Shown here: positions 11,913-25,960 of the stretch, piece after piece
Layout of the letters: each line of letters begins with the position of its first letter
How positions within the stretch are numbered: position 1 is the first letter of the stretch
Assembly: GCA_964016885.1 (NCBI GenBank)
Contig: OZ024742.1
Location: forward strand, 74,400,001-74,464,000
DNA length: 64,000 nt
Reading direction: 5' to 3'
Origin: Eledone cirrhosa
Lineage: Eukaryota
Notes under the pieces: model-generated
What the model saw: only the letters and a program-made list of their open reading frames with translations
The model's database searches: none
What the model was told of the DNA's origin: nothing
Made by a program: the position numbers and the translations under genes

Positions 11913-12860
11913 TGGTGTGGTGGTGGTGGTGGTGGTGGTGGTGGTGGTGGAGGTGTTGGTGGTGGTGGTGTTGTTGGTTGTGGTGGTGGTAGTGGTGGTA
12001 GTAGTGGTGGTAGTAGTGGTGGTGGTGGTAGTTGTGGTGGTGGTGGTGGTGGTAGTGGTGGTGGTGGTTGTGGTAGTGGTGGTATGGTGGTAGTGGTGGT
12101 GGTATGGTGGTAGTGGTGGTGGTGGTGGTCGTTGTGGCGGTGGTTGTGGTGGTGGTGTTGGTGGTGCTGACGGTGGTATGGTGGTGGTGGTAGCGGTATG
12201 GTAGTAGTGGTATGGTGGTGGTGGTGGTGGTTATGATGGTTGTGGTGGTATGGTGGTATGGTTGTGGTGGTGGTATGGTGGTGGTGGTATGGTGAGGGTA
12301 AGGTGGTGGTATGGTGCTGGTATGGTTTGGTGGTGGTATGGTGGTGGTATGGTGGTGGTGGTGGTATGGTGGTGGTGGTGGTGGTATGGTGGTGGTATGG
12401 TGGTGGTAGTGGTAGTGGTATGGTGATAGTGGTATAGTGGTAGTGGTGGAGTTGGTGGTAGTGGTGGTGATGGTGTTGCTAGTGGTGGTAGTGATCGTAT
12501 GGCGGTAGTAGTGGTAGTGGTATGGTGTTAGTGGTGGTGGTGCTGGTAGTGTTGGTGGTAGTAGTAGAGGGGGTAGTGGTAATGGTAGTAGTGATAGCAG
12601 TGTGGTTGTATTGTGGTAGTGGTTGTGGTGGTGATAGTGGTACGGTGATAGTGGTACGGTGGTAGTGGTGATGGTGGTAGTGGTTTAGTGGTAGTAGTAG
12701 TGGTGGTGGTGGTAGTGGTGGTGGTAATAGTGGTATGGTTGTAGTGGTTGTGGTGATGGAGGTATGGTGTGGTGGTGTCTGTGGTAAGGTGGTGGTAATG
12801 ATAGTGGTCATAGTGGTGTTGGTGGAAGTAAAGGTGGTGGTGGTATGCTGGTATTGGTGG
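11913..12860. repeat. Degenerate (GGT)n/(GTA)n low-complexity tract
   Basis: Direct. Confidence 0.95.
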
Positions 12861-14268
12861 TTGTAATGTGGGGGGAGGGAGTTATGTATGATAGTGTGGT
12901 GGTTGTAAGGTGGGGCGTGAGGTTGTGTATGATAGTGTGGTGGTGGTATTGTGGGGGAGGGGAGGGGGTGTTATGTATGATAGTGTGGTGGTGGTAATGT
13001 GGGGGAGGAGGGAGGGGGTTTTATGTATGATAGTGTGGTGGTGGTAATGTGGGGGAGGAGGGAGGGGGTTTTATGTATGATAGTGTGGTGGTGGTAATGT
13101 GGGGGAGGAGGGAGGGGGTTTTATGTATGATAGTGTGGTGGTGGTAATGTGGGGGGAGGGTGGTGTTATGTATGATAGTGTGGTGGTGGTAATGTGGGGG
13201 AGGAGGGAGGGGGTTTTATGTATGATAGTGTGGTGGTGGTAATGTGGGGGGAGGGTGGGGTTATGTATGATAGTGTGGTGGTGGTAATGTGGGGGGAGGG
13301 TGGGGTTATGTATGATAGTCTGGTGGTAGTAATGTGGGGGGAGGGTGGGGTTATGTATGATAGTGTGGTGGTGGTAATGTGGGGGAGGAGGGAGGGGGTG
13401 TTATGTATGATAGTGCTGGTGGTAATGAGGAGGGAGGAGGGGGTATTATGTATGATAGTGTGATGGTAATGAGGAGGGAGGGGGTGTTATGTATGATAGT
13501 GTGATGGTAATGAGGAGGGAGGGGGTGTTATGTATGATAGTGTGATGGTGGTAATGTGGGGGAGGAGGGAGGGGATGTTATGTATGATAGTGCTGGTGGT
13601 AATGAGGAGGGAGGAGGGGGTATTATGTATGATAGTGTGATGGTAATGAGGAGGGAGGGGGTGTTATGTATGATAGTGTGATGGTAATGAGGAGGGAGGG
13701 GGTGTTATGTATGATAGTGTGATGGTGGTAATGTGGGGGAGGAGGGAGGGGATGTTATGTATGATAGTGCTGGTGGTAATGAGGAGGGAGGAGGGGGTAT
13801 TATGTATGATAGTGTGATGGTAATGAGGAGGGAGGGGGTGTTATGTATGATAGTGTGATGGTAATGAGGAGGGAGGGGGTGTTATGTATGAGAGTGTGAT
13901 GGTAAATGAGGAGGGAGGGGGTGTTATGTATGATAGTGTGATGGTGGTAATGAGGGGGAGGAGTGAGGGATGTTTTATATATGATAGTGTGGTGGTGGTA
14001 ATGTGGGGGAGGGAGGAGGGGGTGTTATGTATGATAGTGTGATGGTAAATGAGGAGGGAGGGGGTATTATGTATGATAGTGTGATTGTAATGAGGAGGGA
14101 GGGGGTGTTATGTATGATAGTGTGATGGTAAATGAGGAGGGAGGGGGTGTTATGTATGATAGTGTGATGGTAATGAGGAGGGAGGGGGTGTTATGTATGA
14201 TAGTGTGATGGTAATGAGGAGGGAGGGGGTGTTATGTATGAGAGTGTGATGGTAAATGAGGAGGGAGA
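12861..14268. repeat. G-rich minisatellite, unit about 41-50 bp (ttatgtatgatagtgtg..gtaatg..gagggaggggg)
   Basis: Many tandem units visible, with blocks of variant units. Confidence 0.95.
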
Positions 14269-15096
14269 GTTAGAGTTATTCAAAATGGTTTCTATTAGAG
14301 TTGTTACTGTTGTCAACCACATAACATGGGAATACTGTTAAAGTGAATGAATAAAAATAGAAACCTTGTTTGTTTTATTTGTCTTTTGTTGGTATTTTCA
14401 TTGCAATCACTTCCAAATATCAAAATTGTCAACATGCGCCATTACACAGTAAAAATTATTTAATAAAAACCATTCAGATTTATTATAGCGTTTAACTGGC
14501 TAAACAACGCCATGCTACCTTTCTATTATAATGGCGTCATCATTTTATTTGATTCCGTGTCTAACCAAGCGCAACTCCTTTCTCTACACTGAGGTAATTC
14601 ACCTATTGTCAATCACCGAACCTAATAACATTGGACGGCTGCTGTCCGCCCGTTTCATTAATTTTCGACGGGTGTTCCATTTCTTAGAATTCAAGAAATA
14701 TTCTAACCCCTTATTTCAGGTTTGTCCGACATACGTCAGGAGGTGAGATTGTTTATATTTACTGGCCGATAGATAAGGCTTAAAAATAACGCGAAGATAA
14801 TCAGCCTCGTGTTGGTGTAACAGTAGCGAAACATACGATATTGCTGTCTACTTTTCCGTCTCTATCGGGCTGAAACTAAAAATCCTGCTTTGAAGCAACT
14901 AACTTTCAGCTAAGATACATTATATATATATATATACGGCAACACTCATCTTTTTCCATTTCTCCGAGGGTTATAAACCCCACTATCAGGCTAGAAATTT
15001 ATTTAGTCTAAAATACGGTGAAAGCTTATAATTTCTAATTTCAAACTCGCGCACCATTTCAAAAACATACTTACATGTTTACGTTTATAATTTGCT

Positions 15097-15138
<42 letters not shown>

Positions 15139-15145
<7 letters not shown>

Positions 15146-15341
15146 ATACTTTGGGAGGGTCATGTTGCCAATAAGAAACACACGCACCAGTTGCTTTCAC
15201 TTCAATTTATTATAATAAATTGGAGTGAAAGCAACTGGTGTGTGTGTTTCTTATTGGCAACATGACCCTCCCAAAGTATAACAATATCGGTTTCAACACA
15301 CGTTTTCAGATAAAGAATCTTGCTAAACAAATTCAGAAACG

Positions 15342-15344
<3 letters not shown>
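15139..15344 (+). mobile_element. PLE terminal-repeat fragment with an inverted 5' arm, inserted in (TA)n
   Basis: 15139-15211 is the inverted complement of about 15214-15286; the body matches the 3' end of the PLE at 57470-57605. Confidence 0.75.
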
Positions 15345-15435
<91 letters not shown>

Positions 15436-16299
15436 GGAATAGAATGAAACGAAATTTCATTTCTCACTCTTAGTACGGCACTTACTTAAATGTAAGTATG
15501 TATGTATACGTACATACATATATGTATACAGACGTACAGTAGTATGTATATATATACACACATGCACACATATCTACATGCACGTATCGGTTTACCGAAC
15601 ATTTATTATAATGCTCGCTTTGTTTGTTTGTAAACAAACAAACAAACAGCCCGAATTATGCCGTACAGTGTTTAGGCAATCACGTCACCTTTTTGTTCAA
15701 TACTGACACAGGAACGATGTACTAGTTTCAAGTAAATATATATATATATATATATAAAGGTTAACATATACATAAAGTTATAGATATATACATGTTGCAA
15801 CTGGTCACTTTTAAGCTCTATGAAGAATTAATAAATTAAAAAATTAAAAAATTAGAAAATCAGAGCATTACATCATAAATCATGTCTTTAGAATCATCAG
15901 ATAATAAAATATATACTATTTCTTCTTCTAATTAGCATAATTAACCATATAAAAAATCAATCAGAACAAGCTATAAGAATAAATGCTCTTATGGAGAAAT
16001 CTCCGACAAATAACCGAACGTAGCCTCTTCGCGGCGGCCTCAATCGAGTATTTATCCAACATTTCGACAGCATGTAGAAACTGACTAAATATACCATCAA
16101 CCATACACAATTAGGTGTAAAATTAAACTTAGAAGAAATCCGCACATACCGTAATTATATCTCTACCATGGTTTCTTCTTTATTTTAGACCTCCAAATAA
16201 TAGGAATGTCCTGAGTTAGGATTCATCAGGAGACAAACTCAAAATCAGACATCTAGTTTTTCAATCCGATCCCGCCAAAAATAGATTCAAATAGTTTTT

Positions 16300-16360
<61 letters not shown>

Positions 16361-16363
<3 letters not shown>

Positions 16364-16546
16364 AAAAACTATGACCCCGACGGCAGAGCTCAAGCCGTTT
16401 CGACGGCTATTTCTAGTCCAGAAATAGCTATCGAAACGGCTTGAGCTCTGCCGTCGGAGTCATACTTTTTCCCATAACCCACTCTACTTCCCTAAGTATT
16501 GAGTAATCTGGTGCGTTATGGTCCATCTGATTCTTTACCACAACAT
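16361..16546 (+). mobile_element. Short fold-back element of the (TA)n-inserted family (copy 1, 3' end interrupted)
   Basis: Inverted repeat 16361-16473; body acccactctac...gtgcgttatggtcca shared with other copies. Confidence 0.85.
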
Positions 16547-16559
16547 AATCAGTATACAC

Positions 16560-16850
16560 TGAGGATGAAAAACTCAGAGCTGTATGGGAGCCTCCCAAAA
16601 GTAGCTCAAAAGTGACACAGAGGAGACTGAGGTTAGCTGGACATGCTCACCGACATCCAGAGTTGACACTGCACTCAGGGCTCCTCTGGGAACCCCTGCA
16701 TGGACACACTGGAAGAGGAAGACGAAGATTAACGTATGTTGATGTCCTAAGGACAGACACTGGTCTGTTGGAGACGCAGAACATGGCAGCGATAATGAGG
16801 GACAGAGATCGCTGGAGAGAACTCGTCCATGGATCTCGGGAAGTTTAGCA
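16560..16850 (+). mobile_element. RTE-like LINE 3' fragment
   Basis: RRLRLAGHAHRHPE..LLWEP..GRGRRRLTYVD..W. Confidence 0.75.
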
Positions 16851-16851
16851 G

Positions 16852-16900
<49 letters not shown>

Positions 16901-16920
16901 ATATATATATATATATATAT

Positions 16921-17226
<306 letters not shown>

Positions 17227-17706
17227 TATATATAGAGAAATACACAAAGAGGTATGTGTTCAATTATAGGGGATAGAATACCACCAGAGTGAAAACCATA
17301 TTGTCTACGAACAGAATGGAGAATACATATCAATTAAAAGAATAAATTAAAACGTACAGACCATTTGTTTATAACAATATCCCCTGGACATGCAGTAAGC
17401 ATATTTTGCCACAAATAAAGTGTGGAATCATACCGCTGACGGCTTATCAACAGGAGGGTCAAACAATACGATCCACCCTTCTAAAAATATATCAGACAAC
17501 TAGCAAACGTTTTAGAGGTGCAAATTAATTGCGTCCGTAGGTGGTATACCAAGATGAGCACTCGATGCTTGTGGGGAACAGAGTATCAATAATAATAATA
17601 TATAAGGGATCAAAGTATGAATGTTGCATCATATACATATTTAATTACATATTACATATTACACTTAGGCGCGAGTTTACATGTGAACACATATCTGAGG
17701 AGCTTT

Positions 17707-18191
<485 letters not shown>

Positions 18192-18649
18192 GCACATACA
18201 TATATGTATGCATGTACAAATGACAGTAGTAGCACTAAGACACCATTTAAGCATAATAGGGGTGTATATGAAGAGATATATAAACATATATAATCCGTTC
18301 ATATACAATAAACATGAGTAGCCTCACTGTCGAAGAAAAATATTTATTCGCATCGAAACGAAACGGAAAAAAAAAATGATATATTTTCTCTATTTTCTCT
18401 ATAAATATATTTTGAGAGTATCAGACAACGCTGTTTCAAGATTCGTTAATTGTTTATCAGTGACACTCACTGAGAACACACTGGCATGAAAAGCAGAAAA
18501 CAACAGCTGGAAGTGTCTATTTGCATATAGTGCAAGCTTGCCTTGTTATATCTAATTAGTGGTAGCACCAAGACAGCGTTTTAGCACACCACTCCACTGA
18601 TGTAGTCGAAGGAAAAGGCAAAATCTGATAAAGCTTGGCACAAGTGACG

Positions 18650-18750
18650 TCACAACTCATTTCCAGCTAAATGAACTGGCGCAACATGAAATAAAGTGTC
18701 TTGCTCATGGACACAGGGCTTTACTCGGACCGGGAATCGAACTCACACTA
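18650..18750 (-). mobile_element. tRNA-derived SINE fragment (family of 34783-35060)
   Basis: B box gagttcgattcc on the - strand; cactttatttca.gttgc.ccag core. Confidence 0.65.
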
Positions 18751-19029
18751 ACCTGCGTGATTTCACATACTCATACACACACAAATATATAGGGAAAATA
18801 ATGATAAAGAAAATAATTTAGTTCATGCAAAATAAGTTATAGTTTGGTTTTAAAAGTATAGATAGGTTTTCGTGATTATCTAATTAGTTGACACCAACCA
18901 GTTTCTCTCTGAGTAGCTTTTCAAAGTTTCATTTGATTTGTGTTGGTATTGGATACAATTTTTCTCTCGTGTCGTATTGAGTTATATCCTTCACGTGTTG
19001 TTGTTTTTCTGAAACAAGGGACGTAACTG

Positions 19030-19392
19030 CTTGCTTTTAACGAAAAAAATGTGATTTGATTAGATATATTGTGTAAAGGATTGAAATTTACACCAACTCC
19101 TCAAAAAACAAATATATCAGAAGCTAAAGATGATATTTCCGTCTTCTGCAGAAGAAAACCACTATGAATCATTAATCAAACACAAAAACGAATATCAACC
19201 CCCAAAAGCTGTGAATACAGTCTTTGATGAATTTTGTAAATATATTTCAAACTTTCCAATTGACAAAAGTGGCTACGAGACAAACAAGGTCCAACTATAG
19301 AATCATCTAAACGATCGAAAACTGGAAAAATATATTGTTATAAAAAAGCTGACAAAGGCGGCGCTGTTGTCATTATCGACAAAGCACTACAT
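19030..19392 (+). mobile_element. Penelope-like element ORF fragment (pre-RT region), decayed
   Basis: Translates to LCKGLKFTPTP..FCRR and KADKGGAVVIID. Confidence 0.75.
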
Positions 19393-19520
19393 TGTCGCAT
19401 CACCTGTCTGAGGAGCAGACTCCCATGGGTGACCTTGATCCAATCCTCTGCGAAATGCCCGAAACAGGTCGATACGCAATAAATATTTTTCATATGTAAA
19501 CAAAACTTCCTCGTTTTTTC

Positions 19521-19558
<38 letters not shown>

Positions 19559-19598
19559 ATATATATATATATATATGTGTGTGTATGGATAGGGAGGC

Positions 19599-19718
<120 letters not shown>

Positions 19719-19985
19719 AGATACACATACATATAAATACATAAGTATAAACACATATGTGTTTTGCTCCATGAATGTGAATGAATGAATGAAATAATCA
19801 ATTAATCGGAGCGATATAAAATTATAAGTGTGAAGAGCAAATAGATAAAAATATACCTAATATTTCTTCAAAGTCCGGGCCGCTGCAGTTTCACCGATTG
19901 GTATGTAGCCAAAATGGAATTAAAGGGCCAGGTCCCTTCCAGCTTGCCATTCCTGGAACAAATTGTTTGACATCACTGGAGTAAA

Positions 19986-20172
19986 TAATTGTTTCTACTT
20001 TTGGCACAAGGCCATCAATTATCCCAGTGTATTACTGGTGCTTTATTTTATCAACCCCGTAAGGATGAAAGGCAAAGTTAACCTCGGCGGGATTTGAACT
20101 CAGAATGGCAAGGGCCGTAACTCTATGCTGGAAAGCATGGCGTCTGACCCTCTACCGATACTGCCAATCCAC
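19986..20172 (-). mobile_element. tRNA-derived SINE (octopus-type family)
   Basis: A-box-like tggcagtatcggtag, B box gagttcaaatcc, core gttaactttgcctttcatcc, 3' gccttgtgccaaaagtagaaacaatt. Confidence 0.88.
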
Positions 20173-20224
20173 CTTTCTCATTTTGTTTTAGTTGATGTCT
20201 TACTCTTTGAAAGCACTACGAGAA

Positions 20225-20404
20225 GGATTGGCAGTATCGGTAGAGGGTCGGACGCCATGCTTTTCAGCATAGAGTTATGACCCTTTATAGTCTGAGTTCA
20301 AATCCTGCCGAGGTTAACTTTGCCTTTTATCCTTACCGAGTCGATAAAATAAAGCACCAGTAAGGCTGGTAATTGCTGGCATTGTGCCAAAAGTACAAAT
20401 AATT
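20225..20404 (+). mobile_element. tRNA-derived SINE, same family
   Basis: Same motifs on the + strand. Confidence 0.88.
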
Positions 20405-20860
20405 ATTATGAGGAGAAGGTATTCCCCAGATGTTGTTCCCGAATTCAGTTGCCTCTACAGGATCAGGAAGCACGTTCTCCGTTTTGCATTTACCATCGAG
20501 TACTTGATTAAACTGAGAAGGTTTTGATCGAAAAAGTTTATTTTGATAGAATTGCTGTTGTTGATTTTCAAAATTCCGTATCTTCAGACTGCCACAGTGT
20601 ATTTGTGTCTTAAGCTGACTGATCACACTAATATAGCCGACAACTTCAAGATCATACTTTTTGTTCAAAGTCGCTCTTTCTTTAGAGGTCAGATTATGAT
20701 TTCCCTCCATTAATTCTTCCTGGAGACTAAGATGTTTTCTCCAGTCAATGAATGTATCTCAATTCTACGTTTCCAGATTGGTGCTTCTATTTCTCCCCCG
20801 TTTGCCCTTTTTGGGGGCTTTGACTCCCAGTCACTAGGCAACTAATAATAATACTGCACA
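20405..20860 (-). mobile_element. Decayed R4/Dong-type ORF fragment
   Basis: APIWKRRIE; QFYQNKLF..PDPVEATEF..IW parallels EPWWKKRL / QYKQNRMF..FWRGIW in the 9150-10808 ORF. Confidence 0.65.
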
Positions 20861-20877
20861 GGTAATAATGATAATAA

Positions 20878-21084
20878 TAATTGTTTCTACTGTAGGCACA
20901 AGGCTAGCAATTTGTAGTGGAGGATAAAGTCGATTAAATCGATCCCAGTGCATCACTGGTGCTTTATTTTATCGATTCCATAAGGATGAAAGGCAAAGCT
21001 AAACTCGGCGGGATTTGAACACAGAACGTAAAAGGACGTAACTCTATGCTGCAAAGCATGTTGTCCGAATCCCTACCGATACTG
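20878..21084 (-). mobile_element. tRNA-derived SINE, same family (longer variant)
   Basis: Same motifs on the - strand. Confidence 0.85.
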
Positions 21085-21474
21085 TACATAAATTAAGAAA
21101 TAAAAAATGTAGACTATGTAGAAGGGATATTAGGCGAGGAGAGATTTTAATAACATACATGTCCTATATAAGTTGGGTTCAGTCATCGGTATATTGGTTT
21201 GGGTCTCCTCACTCAAGAAAAATTCTCTGGGAATCCTTCCCTAAAAATAACTTTTCAGCTCTTTTCAATTTTGAGACGAACTCCCTCCTTTCGGGGCCTG
21301 AAATCAGAGAGTTCCGACTTTTAAAATTTTGTTCAGAGGCACAAGTTACACTTAATATAGTGAAGGTGAGTGAAGCTAGCACTGTAAACAAGAACTAAGC
21401 TTGCGGTGAATCGTGTGTGTGTGTATGTGTGTGTATGTCTCTTACTCTCTCTCTGTATATGACAGAGAATACGA

Positions 21475-21872
<398 letters not shown>

Positions 21873-22233
21873 TTCAATGGAATGTAAGTGATGCATGGTA
21901 TGTTTCTCAATATGAGAAACCTATCCAAGAGAGGCTTAGTTCGATAGAAACGGAAATATTAAGAGATGATTCGTGAACATTTAGGAGGAAAGAAAACAAC
22001 ATTTTCAGTGATGTTTGGCTCCAATCGACGTTTTTAGAATTGTTTGAATTCTGCGAGGAATTAACATAAAAAGCAGCCGATAAAGGCCGATAAAAGTTAT
22101 TTGAAGTTGACAATTGTTCTCTATTGGTCCAGGAGAAATTTGGTTTCGAGATTATTGCCGGAGATCGCTGTATTATAAAAAAATGGAAGTAATTTGTACC
22201 TGCATTATATGTAGCTCAGATGTATGTGGGTGT

Positions 22234-22305
<72 letters not shown>

Positions 22306-22451
22306 ATGTGAATGTGTGCGCGCGCTTGTGCGTAAGTGTGCCTGTATAGATTCGTAATATATAGATAAAGGTACATATACTCACACACAATTACATATGT
22401 AAATATATGATAGAGGTTATAAATTGGTATGAATTTCTATTAAGCGAAAAA

Positions 22452-22489
<38 letters not shown>

Positions 22490-22701
22490 TCAGCGAGAAT
22501 CGCATTTCGGCGGGTAGAAAAAAACGAAACGTAACGCAAATTCCGAGTCATGCTGGCAAGCGCTCCATGGGCTAAAAAAGACCAGAGCAATAAACATAGG
22601 TTATAAAGGCCATACAAACTGAGAAGGCGGTCAAGAAGCCATTAACCACCTAAGCCAAAAAACAAGTCAAGCTAAACAGGTCAGACAAAATAAATGACAT
22701 A

Positions 22702-22796
<95 letters not shown>

Positions 22797-23685
22797 ATAT
22801 ATAACAAACCTGGACCCCTGGAATTTATGGTAAAATCCAGTACAGGGTTTCCGTGACACCTAAATCAATAATACTGTCTGCTTAAAACAATAATCTTTTG
22901 GTATAATGATCGAACGAGGAATATCACGTTATCAACAGGTATTTTGTTCTGCGCCAGTGTTGTGGATGACACAGTGTTTTGTAAAAGCACATGCGTAACT
23001 CACAGGGGAAAACCCCCAGATTTTGGCAAATGAATTCAGTATGTGTAAATCCAAGCAAAAAATTGCATAAATAGCACGGATCGAATACGCCCTCGACCGG
23101 GTAGTTTTTAAGATAAACTTATGCAATTAATCTGTCAATAGAATTATTAACAGGTTAATTGTAAGACTCGGGAGATTAATGCAAGGAAGATTAATACAAT
23201 ATATATATATACATTTTATTAACTCTACTTTGGTATTGAGTACACCTTTCTCTCAACGTCAACGACATACGGATATATATATATATACATTAAAGTTACT
23301 TCTTACGTGTTATATATATATACATTAAAGTTACTTCTTACGTGTTATATATATATGTAGCAATTACAAGGAAGTGTCATTTTAGTCATTAAAAAACAAA
23401 ACAAAAACGTTAAATTCATTAGGGGGGGGGGGGGGGGGGGGGGGTCAGAATTTTAAAGAAATATGTGATAAATGTAAAATGAATTTCAGAATTTCTTTAT
23501 TTCTAATTTTTTCTTGTTTTGAATAACTAAAACGACTCATTAATGTTTTAATTACTTTAGTTTCATCAACAGACGGTCTTAGATCAAGTCAATTGATAAA
23601 CAAGTATAACTCGTCTATATATATATAATATATGTATGCATATATGTATATATATACATATGTATATATGTATATATATATACAT

Positions 23686-24461
23686 ATAGATAATTTAATA
23701 TATCTACTAACATAAGCGCACAGATGTACGCCAATGCCAGCAAATACACAGGTTATGTCATAGTACCTAGGTGGTTCGATGCAGGAGAATGCAGAACAAT
23801 AATATAAAAGACGTAAAATAAGAACATTTAAAAAAAAAATTTTTTAAAAATTAACTTACTTACTTAAATTTTCACTCCAACTAATTTTCTTATTTTACGT
23901 CTTTTATATTATTGTTCTGCATTCTCCTGCATCGAACCACCTAGGTACTATGACATAACCTGTGTATTTGCTGGTATTGGCGTACATCTGTGCGCTTATG
24001 TTAGTAGATATATTAAATTATCTATATTTATCTCCAAATCACTGATTTGTCGAGCAAACCTGCCAAAACCACTTCTAAAAATTTTTTTTGGGAGTGTTAG
24101 TAGGCGCTTGTCATCATACCACCCCATTCCTACTGACTAGCCTCTGTGTCACGTGATTGATTCTTTAGAATCGGCCATATGATCAGTGGCAGTGAGAATT
24201 TTCAGTAGCTGGAATCCAGTCCTCGATAGCTGTTCCATTTACCGAATTATTATTATTTTTATATGAGTCGCCAGTGTCCGCGCATCGCCTGGAGACTCGG
24301 CTGAGAATGACCTCCCTGATGACGACGCAATGAAATTCTCAACGGTTCATTACGTAACTGTCTTTATCCCATTGCAGAAACTAATTAGTTGGAGTGAAAA
24401 TTTAAGTAAGTTAATTTTTTAAAAAATTTTTTTAAAAACTTTTCTTATTTTACGTCTTTTA
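23686..24461 (+). mobile_element. Non-coding retrozyme-like / PLE-terminal-repeat unit: 555-nt monomer with terminal redundancy plus an inverted 5' arm
   Basis: tttcttattttacgtctttta at 23886 and 24441; 23686-23886 is an inverted copy that spans the monomer junction; flanked by (TA)n. Confidence 0.75.
24312..24394 (+). ncRNA. Type I hammerhead ribozyme motif with a long stem II
   Basis: Stem I ctcc/ggag; CTGATGA; gcaatg/cattgc; GAAA; actaattagt; GUU. Confidence 0.7.
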
Positions 24462-24513
24462 TATATATACATATGTATATATGTATGTATATATATATAT
24501 ACATATGTATACA

Positions 24514-24556
<43 letters not shown>

Positions 24557-24779
24557 TTATTAAAATAACAGATTAAAGTTTAAGCAAAGAATCGCTGCTT
24601 TCACCCTTAACGAGATCTTCTGAAACTAACAAAGTCAATCTGTGAACGCAGAACTGGACATTTCAAAGAAACGTTGCAACCGGAGGAAGACAGGAAGACG
24701 ATACTTTGGTTCGTGGAAACGTTCGCTGGCAAAGAACGGGAAAAAACGAATAATACGTCATATCTTGTAATTCTTCTTT

Positions 24780-24780
<1 letters not shown>

Positions 24781-24817
<37 letters not shown>

Positions 24818-24874
24818 CGATTATTATGACGAATTTAACTGACGATCATAACGTTGATTATAAGATTACTCATA

Positions 24875-24927
<53 letters not shown>

Positions 24928-25330
24928 GTTATCATCTTCACCACCACCATCATCATCATCATCATCATCTTCATCATCATCATCGTTATCATCTCCACCA
25001 CCATCATTATCATCATCACCATCACCATCACCATCACCATCATCATCATCATCATCGTTATCAACTACACCACCATCATTATCATCATCATCATCACCAT
25101 CATCATCATTATCATCATCATCATCGTTATCATCTCCACCACCATCATTATCATCATCACCATCACCACCACCATCATTATCATCATCATCATCATCATC
25201 GTTATCATCTCCACCACCATCATTATCATCACCATCACCATCACCATCACCATCACCGTCATCATCATCATCGTTATCAACTCCACCACCACCATCATCA
25301 TCATCATCATCATCATCAACAACAACAACG
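24781..25330. repeat. (CAA)n then (CAT)n/(CAC)n compound microsatellite with roughly 50-60 bp higher-order repeats
   Basis: Direct; recurring cgttatcatctccaccaccatcatt. Confidence 0.92.
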
Positions 25331-25811
25331 ATAGAAAGTATCATTAAACATATGACAGCAATGACAAATATTATGTAGCCCATTATTTCTACAAATGTTA
25401 CACTAGCAGCACCATTCATACAAAATATTCCTTTAATCATATAATGTTCACTTATGAAATTAGATAAAATGACGGTATTAACTGCATCAACCATCTCCAA
25501 TCAGCTACTCCATTGACATATGTACATATACGTGCATATTTTGTTGCATAAACACATATACACATTTGTATGTATGTATGTATGTATGTATGTATGTATG
25601 TATGTATGTATGTATGTATGTATGTATGTATGTATGTATGTATGTATGTATGTATGTATGTATGCATGTATGTTTGTATGTGTGTATGTATGTATGCATG
25701 TTTGTATGTATGTATGTATGTATGTTTATAAGTATATATGTTTGCATGTATGTGTGTTTGTATGTATGTATGTTTGTATGTTTGTATGTTTCTACATACA
25801 CATATATAAAG

Positions 25812-25879
<68 letters not shown>

Positions 25880-25915
25880 TAACAAAGAAGCCTTAATACA
25901 TTTAAAATTATTTAA

Positions 25916-25960
25916 TTGCTGACAATGTTTCGTCCCATTAATTAGGACTCATTAGAGCAA
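25916..25960 (-). ncRNA. Type I hammerhead motif, G5A variant (inverted copy)
   Basis: Reverse complement identical to 28334-28378. Confidence 0.7.

Noticed and set aside
11835-13463. Gly-, Val- and Thr-rich ORFs
   Set aside because: (GGT)n and minisatellite artefacts
12861-14268. CRISPR-like repeat-spacer array
   Set aside because: The inter-core segments are related low-complexity G-runs, not unique spacers; eukaryotic context with no cas genes
14960-15030. Possible hammerhead in a (TA)n-flanked segment
   Set aside because: No CUGANGA core could be placed
24826-25500. Poly-Ile, poly-Ser and poly-Asp ORFs
   Set aside because: (CAT)n microsatellite read in different frames
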